The notes under the pieces: model-generated
The model's database searches: none
What the model saw: only the letters and a program-made list of their open reading frames with translations
What the model was told of the DNA's origin: nothing
Shown here: positions 45,457-64,000 of the stretch, one piece after another
Numbering within the stretch: position 1 is the first letter of the stretch
How the letters are laid out: each line of letters opens with the position of its first letter
Program-made: the position numbers and the translations under genes
Origin: the human T2T-CHM13v2.0 reference genome, Homo sapiens
Assembly (NCBI RefSeq): GCF_009914755.1
Contig: NC_060945.1
Length of the DNA stretch: 64,000 bases
Reading direction: 5' to 3' (one strand)

Positions 45457-45850
45457 GAATTTACTTTTAAAAAGTTTTAAATAAGAAGGAAATACTTTCT
45501 AGGTAAATTTAATTGTATATAGAAGACCTAATGGGTGAGAATCTGCCTTGAAAGCTGGAGACACGTCAATAAATAAGAATACACAATTAGAATAAGAAAC
45601 AGTAACAAACACTCTGCCCTCTAAAGCTTCCATCCTGCTTGGAGAAACCAAGAAAAACCCGAGAATCTTGGCCAAATACAATCTAGGGTAATGCAGTCAG
45701 GGAGCTGTCTGGTGAGTGTTGGAGGCCCCATAGGAACGCTGAGGAAGAAGAAGTTGAGGAAGAAGAAGACGCTTGTCACTAGAATTCTAAGAATAAGAAA
45801 GGACAAAGACAAAGTGATTTCACCAACGATGTCCAAGTTCTAATTATCTC

Positions 45851-46977
45851 GTGGTAGACAGAATAATGGCCCCAAAGATATCCATGTCCTAATCCCCATG
45901 TGGTAGACAGAATAATGGCCCTAAAGATGTTACCAATATCCTATTCCCCATGTGGTAGACAGAATAATGTCCCCAGAGATGTCCATGTCCTAATCCCCAT
46001 GTGGTAGACAGAATAATGGCCCCAAAGATGTCCACATCCTAATCCCCATGTGGGAGACAGAATAATGATCCTAAAGATGTGACCAACATCCTATTTCCCA
46101 TGTGGTAGACAGAATAATGGTCCCAGAGATGTCCATATCCTAATCCCCATGAGGTAGACAGAATAGTGGTCCCAAAGATGTCCACATCCTAATCCCGTGT
46201 GGTAGACAGAATAATGGCCCCAAAGATGTTCATGTCCTAATCCCATGTGGTGAAAACAATAATGTTCCCAAAGATCTTCACATCCTAATCCCATGTGAGA
46301 GACAGAATAATGGCCTCAAAGATGTCCACATCCTAATCCTCATGTGGGAGACAGAATAATGGCCCCAAAGATGTCCACATCCTAATCTCCATTTGGTAGA
46401 CAGAATAATGGCCTCAAATATGTCCATGTCCTAATCCCATGTGGCAGACAGAATAATGGCCCCAAAGATGTCCACGTCCTAATCCTCATGTGATAGACAG
46501 AATAATGGCCCCAAAGATGTACACATCCTAATCCCCATGTGACAGACAGAATAATGGCCCCAAAGATGTCCACGTCCTAATCCCCATGTGATAGACAGAA
46601 TAATGGCCCCAAAGATGTACACATCCTAATCCCCACGTGGCAGACAGAATAATGGCCCCAAAGATGTCCACGTCCTAATCCCCATGTGGTAGACAGAATA
46701 ATGACCCCAAAGATGTCCACATACTAATCCCCATGTGGTAGACAGAATAATGCCTCAAAGATGTACACATCCTTATCCCCACATGGCAGACAGAATAATG
46801 GCCCCAAAGATGTCCACATCCTAATCCCCATGTGGGAGACAGAATAATGGTCCCAAAGATACCCATGTCCTAATCCTCATGTGATACAGAGAATAATGGT
46901 CCCAAAGATGTCCATGTCCTAATACTAGGTAGCAGACAGGATAATGGCCCCAAGGATGTCTACATCCTAATCCCCAT
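45851..46977 (+). repeat. Minisatellite, about 23 copies of a 49-bp unit derived from the MLT1 LTR 5' end
   Basis: GTGGTAGACAGAATAATGGCCCCAAAGATGTCCACATCCTAATCCCCAT repeated. Confidence 0.95.
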
Positions 46978-47506
46978 GTGGTTGACAGAGTAAGCACCCC
47001 CTTCCCCCCCTCAAAAAAAAATCCACATCCTAATTCTAGAAATCTGTAAAAACCTGTCATGGCTAAAAAGATTTTGCAGATGTGATTAGTTTAAGAATCA
47101 TGAGATGAAATGACCCTGGATTATCCAGCTGGGTCTAAGATCATCACAGGATCTTTGTAAGAGGGAGGCAGGAGTGCCAGAGCCAGAGGAGGTGATGTTA
47201 GGACAAAAGCAAAGGTCAGAGTCACAGAGAAATTAGAAGATGCTGCACTACTGGCTCTGAAGTTCAAGGAAGGGTCCAGGAGCCAAGAAATACTCTAGAA
47301 ACATTCCCCTAGAAGCAGGAAATGGCAAGGAAACTGATTCTCCCCCAGAACTTGCATCAAGAGGGAAGTTTTGCTGACACCTTGGTTTTAGGCCAGTGAG
47401 ACCCAGGGTGGGCTTCAAAACTACAACACTGTAAGACAATACATTTGTGTTGCTTTAAGCCAATACGAATGTGATCATTGGTGATGGCGGCCAGAGGACA
47501 CTCACA
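46978..47506 (+). mobile_element. MLT1D-like LTR
   Basis: gattttgcagatgtgatta, ccctggattatcc, ggcaaggaaactgattctccc, gctgacaccttggtttta, tttgtgttgctttaagcc. Confidence 0.85.
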
Positions 47507-47844
47507 GAAGGAGTAATGTACTGGAGGTCTGCAGCAGGAATGAATTTGGCATGACTGGGGGGATGCCCAAGGGGGCAGCAAAGAAGAACAAGCAAAGGCT
47601 AAACGTGATGACTCCTTGTTTTAGAAGAACCCCCTTCAGAAGAAGAATCAGTAAAGCAAAGCTGAACTCAACTTTGTCTTCTTTTCTTCCCCAGACATAA
47701 TTTACGTTATTTTATTGGGACCACAGAGTCCCAGTTGGAGCAAGTGACCAGGGACAGAGTTAAAAAGAAGCCATAGGGAAGTAGTTAGATTGTATTCTGA
47801 CTTCGATGTGAAATTATTGGCGGGTTTTGAGTGGCAATGAGGGA

Positions 47845-48260
47845 TGTCTTATTCAGCTCGGGTTGCCATAACAAAAATTATAGACTGGGTGGCTTAAGTA
47901 ACAGCCATTGATTTCTCACAGTTCTGGAGATGGGGAAGTCCGAGATCAAGGTATGGCAGATTTATTGTCTGGAGTGGGTCCTCTTGCTGGTTCACAGATG
48001 GTGCGTTCAGAGAGAGAAAGAGAGAGAGAGAGAGAGCACTTTTGTGTCTCTCGCTCTTCTTATAAGGATACTAATCCCGTCATGAAGGACCCATCCTCAT
48101 GACCTCATCTAAACCTCATCACCTCCAGAGACTTCACCTCCTAATATCATCCCATTGGGGATTAGGGTTTCCATATGGTGCATTTTGGAGGGACATGACT
48201 AGTAGGGGTTAGGCCTTCAACATACAAATTTTGGGAAACTTTGCTATTTAGTCATTAGCA
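47845..48260 (-). mobile_element. MLT1/MST-type LTR within L2 fragments
   Basis: gccataacaaaa...agactgggtggctta...tttctcacagttctggag...aagtccgagatcaagg. Confidence 0.8.
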
Positions 48261-49020
48261 AGGGATGAGGACCACAAGCTAAAAATCATCTCTATTTTTG
48301 AAAGATTTCTCTGCTTAAGAATAATTCCAGGATCAAAGCAGAAACCAGGACAGAAGCCAAGAGATCAATCAAGAGGATGTGGCTATGATCCAGATGACAT
48401 ATGTCATGCATGAGGGTGAAGAAAGCAAAGGCAGGAAAATCTGATCCAATTTGACAAATATTTGAGGTCATTCAAGAGACTTGCCAATGAATTGTATAAG
48501 GGGGAGATGAGAGAAAGAAGAGTTCAAAGTTTCCAAAGTCTTCTGCCAAAACACTTCTCAGGGGTGGTGGTGAATCCAGTGAAGGCTTTCCAGATGGTTT
48601 GGGATGGGTTAACTTGGAAGCCCTAATCATTTATCTGAGCTGGGAAGTTGAGGATACAGTTACATGCATGAATCTGAAGTAGAGAAAAGATGTCAAAGCC
48701 AGAGATGGGAATTTAGGATTTTGAGTGGATGTGTCAAGTCCTGGGGCTGAGTGAGATCCCCTGGAGAGAGAAGGAAGCTTATGTTTGAGCCCTAGTTCAG
48801 CCCAACATTTAGAAGAACCCCTTTGGGAAGAGGAGAAGAACGAGCAAAGGCTAAATGTGACTCCCTGTTTTAGAAGAACCTCCTTCAGAAGAAGAATCAA
48901 TAAAGCAAAGGCTGAACTCAACTTTGTCTTCTTTTCTCCCCCAGACATAATTTATGTTCTTTTATTGGGAGTTTGTTTCCCACTCAACCTTTCAGGTTAG
49001 AGCTCTGAAGTCACGTTTGA

Positions 49021-49423
<403 letters not shown>

Positions 49424-49899
49424 TGACTTTGAATGCCTTCTCACTTCTTCCTTCCCACTCCATGCTCCAGGTTCAAAGACTCCATTACCACCATCCATCC
49501 CATGCCAGAGTCTCCAGGCTTCCATCTTCAGTGCCATCCCTTCTCATCCATCCTATGCATGGGTTCCAAGGTAATAGGTCTAAACACATTTAGACCTATT
49601 TAATATGTATAAGCATAAATGTTGACATGACTGGTCACAAAATGTTGGTGGTTTCTCATCAACTGCAGAGAATAGTTCAGGATCCTTACCTAAGTGTCTG
49701 AAATCTTTCATAAATTCACACATGGAAAGATGTGGCCTCTCTGTCTGTACTTCATCACATCACACCCAGCACCTCAATCTCTGACTCCATCATCAATTTC
49801 CTAGTTCCCTGAGTTTGCCTGCCCAGCCCTGAGTCATTGTAACATCTGATTCATCTTTTAAAGTTTAACAACAACAACAACAAAATCATCTGCTCTGAG

Positions 49900-50545
49900 A
49901 AGCCAGCCTTTCTCAGGTGCAGAGATTATCCCAGAGATAGACATATGGTTCAAGACAGGCTAGTTAACCTTCCCCTGAATTTGATCAGCAAAGACTGAGA
50001 GGGTGGTGGGAGAAGCTCAGACTGTGAATCTATAGCTGCAGCAGCTGGATTTTTTTTTTCCATCCTATATTCCAAGACTTTTTCTGAGAGAATCTAGTCT
50101 GGAACCCAGAGAGAAGCAGAGAGTTGAGAGAGTCATCAGAACTTGGGAGATCCCTGAGAAGCTGTCCACCTCTACTTTTTGAGACTGTTTTTCCTAGACT
50201 CCCTTGCAGCTCTGTGTGACTGTATGATGAACTTTGAGCTCATGAGAAGTAAGTAGGAATGTATTAAGACCATAAAAATCTCTTTAATTTTGTAAAAAAG
50301 TGAATGTGAACTCTTCCCTCTCCTTTTGCTGCTAGCTGCAATGGAGATGTGAGGGCTGGAAACCATGCCACCATATTGAACCATGAGTAGAAAGTCACAT
50401 ACTAAAATAGTGGAGCAACAACATTCAAAATGCCTGACATCTTGAATCTGTACAATAACCTGGACCCCTTGTTCTGGCCTCCTATCATATCAGAGAGAAA
50501 CAAACTTCCATCTTATTTAAGTCATGGTTATTTGCTTATTTCCAT
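49900..50545 (+). mobile_element. Old MLT1 (H-K type) LTR fragments
   Basis: gcaatggagatgtgagggctgga..ccatattgaaccatgag; gagagaaacaaacttccatcttatttaagtc. Confidence 0.55.
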
Positions 50546-50576
50546 ACATTTGTTTATGCAGTTATACGATATTTAT

Positions 50577-51009
50577 TCCATCTATCTATTATCTATCTAT
50601 CATCTATCCTATCTATCTAACCATCTACCCATCATCTATCCTATCTTTCTATCCCTCTCTCTATCATCTATCATCCTTCTTATTCTATGTGACTATCAAC
50701 CATCTTATTCTATCTATCTATCTACCTATCTATCATCTCTCCTATCTAATCTATTTATCTATGTATCTATCCATCTTATCTATCTACCTATCATTTATCT
50801 ATCCTGTGTATCAATGTATCTATCATGTATCTATCTGTCCTAGTTATCTATCAATTATGTATCTATCCATCCTATTTATCTACCTATTTTATGTATCCAT
50901 TAAACATCTACATATCTATATATATTACCTATCATCTAGCTATTTATCTATCCTATGTATTTATCATCTATTTATTCTATCTATATCTATTTTTTTCTCT
51001 ATCTATGTC

Positions 51010-51040
<31 letters not shown>
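50577..51040. repeat. (TATC)n tract ending in a near-perfect run
   Basis: Read directly. Confidence 0.9.
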
Positions 51041-51041
<1 letters not shown>

Positions 51042-51600
51042 GAGATTTCTTAAGTCCTTGGGAATCCTGAGGTCAGCTCCATCATAGGATCTCACAGTTA
51101 TATTAGTTCAACAATTTTCTTTCTCTGCCTAACTTACTCTGAGTTGTGTTTCAGTTGCTGTTGATTGGAACAAACCTCAAAAAGAAATTGGGACTACTAT
51201 AATATTGCATTTATGGGTGGCTGACTTATGATGCTGCCTTCCTTGTCTCTGGATCCTGTGTCCTGCATCCAACCCAGTTCCACAGCCTGGGTATCTAACC
51301 GTTTCCCTGGAACTCAGTAACATTTGAACTGAAATGCCATTTTCTTGTTGGGATCATTATAATACTTTGGAAAACTGCCTTGGAATTAATGTGGTTACCC
51401 TTTGCATCTGTAAAATAAACAGGCATTTCTTTAGAAGGAGAAACTAAAGTTTCACAAAGACCTTCAGGGTCTGTTTTTCTTACACCAGAAGTCACACTCA
51501 GGCCAAGTAACATGTTCTGGTTCTGGCCCTTAGTGCTCCTGGTTGGACTAATGCCTGGGGCTCCCTCAAGGATTTCCTTCCCCATCTCTCCCTATTTTAG

Positions 51601-52007
<407 letters not shown>

Positions 52008-52800
52008 TCTCTCCCTCTTTCTATGTATATGTCAGTCTTTCTCTCTCTGTGTCTCTCTTAGTGTCTCTCTTTCTTTGTATCTGTCCCTCTGTTTCTGTGT
52101 CTCCCTCTTTCTATCACTATCTCTCTGTGTGTTGCTGTCTCTTCATCTCTGTCTCCCTCTCTCTCTCTGTCTGTCTCTGTTTCTGCTTCTCTGTCTCCAT
52201 CTCTTTCTCTCTCTGTGTCTCTCTTAGTGTCTCTCTGTCTGTCTGTCTTTCTCTCCATCTCTGTATCTGTCCCTCTGTTTCTGTGTCTCCCTCTTTCTAT
52301 CACTGTCTCTCTGTGTGTTTCTGTCTCTTCATCTCTGTCTCCCTCTGTGTGTCTGTCTCTGTTTCTGCCTGTCTCTGTCTCTCTGTCTCCATCTCTTTCT
52401 GTGTCTCTCTTAGTGTCTCTCTGTCTGTCTCTGTCTTTCTCTCCATCTCTGTATCTGTCCCTCTGTTTCTGTGTCTCCCTTTCTATCACTGTCTCTCTGT
52501 GTTTCTGTCTCTTCATCTATGCCTCGCTCTCTCTGTGTATCTGTCTCTGTTTCTGCTTCTCTGTCTCTGTCTCTCTGTCTCCATCTCTTTCTCTCTCTGT
52601 GTCTCTCTTAGTGTCTCTCTATCTGTCTCTGTCTTTCTCTCCATCTCTGTATCTGTCCCTCTATTTCTGTGTCTCCCTTTTTCTATCACTGTCTGTCTGT
52701 GTGTTTCTGTCTCTTCATCTCTGTTTCCCTCTCTCTCTGTGGGTCTGTCTGTTTCTGCCTCTCTGTCTCTGTCTCTCTGTCTCCATGTCTTTCTCTCCAC
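52008..52800. repeat. (TCTG/TC)n compound tract with about 4 higher-order units of roughly 190 bp
   Basis: ctatcact at 52111, 52297, 52483 and 52683; ttagtgtctc at 52058, 52224, 52410 and 52608. Confidence 0.9.
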
Positions 52801-53016
52801 CTCCCTGTGAGGTGGGAGCCTCACCCTTAGCCCACTGGCTACCACCCTGGTCCACATCTTTCCCCCTAACACCGACAGACGTAAAAACCACAGCTCCTCC
52901 CAGGACACTGCCTCAATGTGGCCCCATTTCTCTTCATCAGATCTCTCCCTTCAATGCTAATAAGTCTGTCTCCAACTCCGCGTTTCTTTTGGGGAAAAAA
53001 AAAAAAAGGAGAGGAA

Positions 53017-53348
<332 letters not shown>

Positions 53349-53712
53349 TCACCACTGGGTTGAAGCAAAGCCTTCTTCCAAAAGCAAAAATTGGAAAAAT
53401 ATGCTACCGACAGACTGCCCCTAAAGGTAATATTAAACAGGGACTCCAAAGGCAGAAGAGAAGCTGACCCAATGCGACATGAAAATTCAGGAAGGACACA
53501 ACAGCGGTGAGAACTCAAGATAATGTGAGTAATTGTAAATACATATTGACCTTATAAAACGAGTCATTGCCAAATTTGATCTGGTGACCTGTATAAAATG
53601 TCAGCTTCTGAGGGGAGAACACTGTCCACAATAACAACAAGGCTGTACACATAGGCATGGTAGCCTTGGGGAGCGTTTGCCAGGCTGCAAAAGCCACCTC
53701 GCAGGTAGGTAG

Positions 53713-53998
<286 letters not shown>

Positions 53999-54427
53999 GT
54001 GAGTCCCACCCAGACCTTATCAAAACTACTCACTCCACCTGGGCCGCTGCTGAAGCCCTATTTTGAAATTTCCCTTTTCCAGAGCTTTTTTCCTGTCCTA
54101 AGCCCCATAAATAAATGAAGGCACTTCTTTGGAAGGTTATGGAGTCTGTTTGACTAGTGCTAAATGAAACAATTCACGCAGATGTATAAAACTTGCTTTT
54201 TTTTAAAAAAAAAATTAACCTAAGCAGAATTTTCATATTAAAAACTCACTTTTTTTGACAGAAAGTAACAGCTTCAGCATATAATTTGATGTTTCACAAG
54301 GTTTAAACATTAAAAAAACTCTAAATTAAAAACAAAACAAATCTTATAGACTAGTCCTGCCATTGGAGAGGAATGTATTTAACTGACAGCTCTTTTAGTT
54401 GCGTTTCTTTTTACTAGACTGTGATAT

Positions 54428-57968
<3,541 letters not shown>

Positions 57969-58882
57969 CTATCCTTCACCTCCTTTGCACACGGGCTTCT
58001 CCCTGGGTATTAGTGAGGGCCTGGTGACAACCTTCTCACTGTCTCCCTTCTCCTCCACCTCCCACCTGGGCTCCCATGGAGACCCCATCAGTCTGGGCCC
58101 GCATCTGGTTGCGCTCCACCGGCTGCTAGGACTTTCCTCACAGGGGGCCATTTCCCCTCCACACAGTGGTTCTTCAGGGGGATCCATAAAGCCTCCTATG
58201 CTTGCTGCCCGTTGGCCTGTTGGCTCACACTGCCACACACCATGTCCACAAGCGCCAAACACACGCAACTCCTCTCTGAGTCCTCCCATGGGCCAGCGCA
58301 CTCTCCACCCTCCCCTCTGGAGCCATTCCCAGCTGTGTTGCGGCCATCTGGCCCTCTCCCCACAGCACCCCTGCAGCCTCTCTGGTCCGGGCAGGCGAAG
58401 GTCTCCTGCAGGGCCCTGCCTGCCGGTAACGGCACAGCGTCTGGGGCTGCTCAGTGACTGGGCACCCTCAGGCTGTTTGTGTGTCACCTAATGTGGACTG
58501 TGCCCCAGCAGAGGGCCCTGAGGCATGTGAGGACCCTTTGTGAGCAGGCGGGAGCACATCCACCTTTGATTCTAGTCCCTCATTGTGGAAGATGAGGGAT
58601 TTTGATCTTCACTGATTTGCCCCAGCCTGAACCATATTAGATCTCACATCCTGTGAACAATGGCAGCCTCCTGCTTTTGTCCTGAGAAGCATTCGGAGCG
58701 CTCGTCCAGCGACAGATGCAAACCCACCTTGCTCATGCTCCTGCCCAGCCGCTGGCGCTCTGTCAGCAGGAACAAGTCTAGGGGCCTATGGCTTCCCTCA
58801 GGCCCAGGCCCACCCTGCCTGCCACTTGGCCAACATTCCCCCCCAACTCCAGCTTAACTCACCTGATCTCCCCTCCCCTCCC

Positions 58883-61487
<2,605 letters not shown>

Positions 61488-61980
61488 TTCTCAGACACCC
61501 AACCACCGGCTCCTGAGCCGCGACAACTCCGTGTCACCTTTTCACCGCCCCCCACCTAGCCCCAAATCCCCAATCCAGCCCCAAATCCCCGATCCTGCTC
61601 CAAATTCCCGCTCCAACCCCCAATCCGCGATCCAATCCCCCATCCGCGATCCCAAATCTGCGATCTAGCCCAGAATCCGCGATCCAGCCAGGTCCACCAC
61701 AGCCTTCAGCAGCGACACTCCCAGCCTCCGACCTCTTAGACCCACTGAGCCTCGCAAGGGCATTAGCAGCGCCCTTGCACGGCGGGGGCCGCTCGGCTCC
61801 CAGAAGCCGCTCCCAGGCGGCGCGCCGGCAGATGGGGCTCCAGCCCCGGGCAGTCGCCGCTGGGCTCGCGGGTTCTCCTGAGCTGGTCCGGGCTGCCCCA
61901 GGACCACAGGCGCAGGATCGCAGGCGCGCAGCCTGCCCGGCCTCAGGAGCAGGGCCTGTCTGGCCGTGCAGCCCCACTTA
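61488..61980 (-). promoter_or_regulatory. CpG island: ANKRD18/ANKRD20A-family promoter and exon-1 5'UTR, truncated just upstream of the ATG
   Basis: Minus strand ggggatttggggct...ggtgaaaaggtgacacggagttgtcgcggctcaggagccggtggttgggtgtctgagaag matches my recollection of the ANKRD20A/18 5'UTR; about 7 degenerate 19-bp G-rich units at 61560-61690. Confidence 0.7.
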
Positions 61981-62090
61981 ATCTTAATAGCAAATAAAAC
62001 TCAACAGTATGCTGTGGTATATTCTACAATGATTCTACACAATTGTAGATTGCATTAGAATAATGTTTTTTAAAATTATTTTCTCGGTAA

Positions 62091-62875
<785 letters not shown>

Positions 62876-63589
62876 TGTTCTTACTGTATAAGAAATTATG
62901 AATGACATTTATTTTGTTAAAACAGTATATTTTATCTACAAAAGGAGTAAAAGACAGTAATAGAAAAATTGGCACATAAAGAAACAAAAATGCTAAAAAA
63001 TTCAAATTTACCAATAATCCTATCACCTAAATTGATAATTTTTAATATAATTAAATGTAGGATTTTAAAATAAATTTCTTTTAATTTATTTATTTAAACA
63101 TATAGATTATTTTTAGACCCTCTTCAGACATCCCCTGTTGAATAAGTTCCATGATTTACAGGCTTACTCTCTCTATTGTTAAATACTGTATTGCTTTCAA
63201 TGAACAACATTTTTTATAAACATATTCACAGAAACAAATTTGGGCACATTGAGACATGTTTTCTTTTCAAAAAGTCCTAGCACTTTAATTACTGTGTAAA
63301 GAGATATTAGTGTATAATTTTCACACATATTGACTAACATCCCTGCAAAATGTTGAATCAATTTATACTTTCAGCACCAATCGGCAAATTAATGTCCATT
63401 ATGCTTTAGCTTCACCAAAACTGATACCTATATTTTATTTTGCTAGACAAAAATACATATTATCTTAATTTGCATAACTGTATTTAATAGAAAGATTAAA
63501 TTTTTTTCAGATGTATCATAGGGCATCATTTTTTCTTGAGTCTGGTGGGTGCTTAGTTCCTTTAAAGCATTAATCATGTATACATTAAT

Positions 63590-64000
63590 TTTATGTGCAA
63601 AACAATCATTAAGTACAATTTGAAATATGGAAAAATAAATAGCTGGATTAAGAAAAAAACAAATAGAGCTTCTGGAATTAAAATAATCACTAATGGAATT
63701 TCAAAACACAGCTGGAATCTTTAACAATAAACTAGACTAAGCAGAAGAAATAATTTTAGACTTTGAAAACTGGTCTTGCCAAGTAACCCAGACAAAAATA
63801 AAAGAAAAAAGAACTGAAAAACAAAGCCCTTAAGAAATATGGGATTATGTAAAGTGACCAAACTTATAACTTATTGGCATTCCTACAACAGAAGAATAAA
63901 AAGTAACCAACTAGGAAAGTATATTTAAGGGAATAATTTAGGAGAAGTTCTCTAGTCTTGCTAGAAAGGTTGACATTCAGATATAAGAAATTCAGAGAAC
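63590..64000 (+). mobile_element. Older L1 (L1PB/L1MA-type) ORF1 fragment, running off the window
   Basis: agagcttctggaattaaaa, aagaaatatgggattatgtaaagtgaccaaactta, gacattcagatataagaaattcagagaac. Confidence 0.8.

Noticed and set aside
57969-58491. Overlapping ORFs of about 170 aa on both strands
   Set aside because: GC-rich unique sequence with no recognisable domain or clear splice structure.

Overview
Primate (very likely human) genomic DNA with no intact protein-coding gene. It reads as a mosaic of duplicated blocks. 1-22.2 kb: the edge of a CpG island, old L2/L1 fragments, a 6.2-kb minus-strand LINE-1 that appears chimeric (older L1PA5/6-type 5' half, younger L1PA3-type 3' half), a vomeronasal type-1 receptor (V1R) pseudogene disabled only by an AluY insertion and a probable 2-bp deletion, and an ERV gag-like fragment. 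About 22.3-53.3 kb: an Alu-dense block with three minisatellites (45, 26 and 49 bp), a 110-bp LTR-derived tandem repeat, (TATC)n and (CT/GA)n tracts with higher-order structure, and an unusual number of short-range templated duplications, including a perfect fold-back hairpin followed by an inverted copy of nearby DNA. 53.3-61.5 kb: Alu-rich DNA with an orphan exon-like segment. 61.5-64 kb: an ANKRD18/ANKRD20A-family promoter/5'UTR CpG island (recognised from memory) cut off just before its ATG at a junction with a truncated Alu. The V1R-pseudogene plus ANKRD18-type context suggests a chromosome 9 segmental-duplication region, which is unverified inference. I found no evidence of a new gene system; the most notable signals are the rearrangement scars and the nearly intact V1R.
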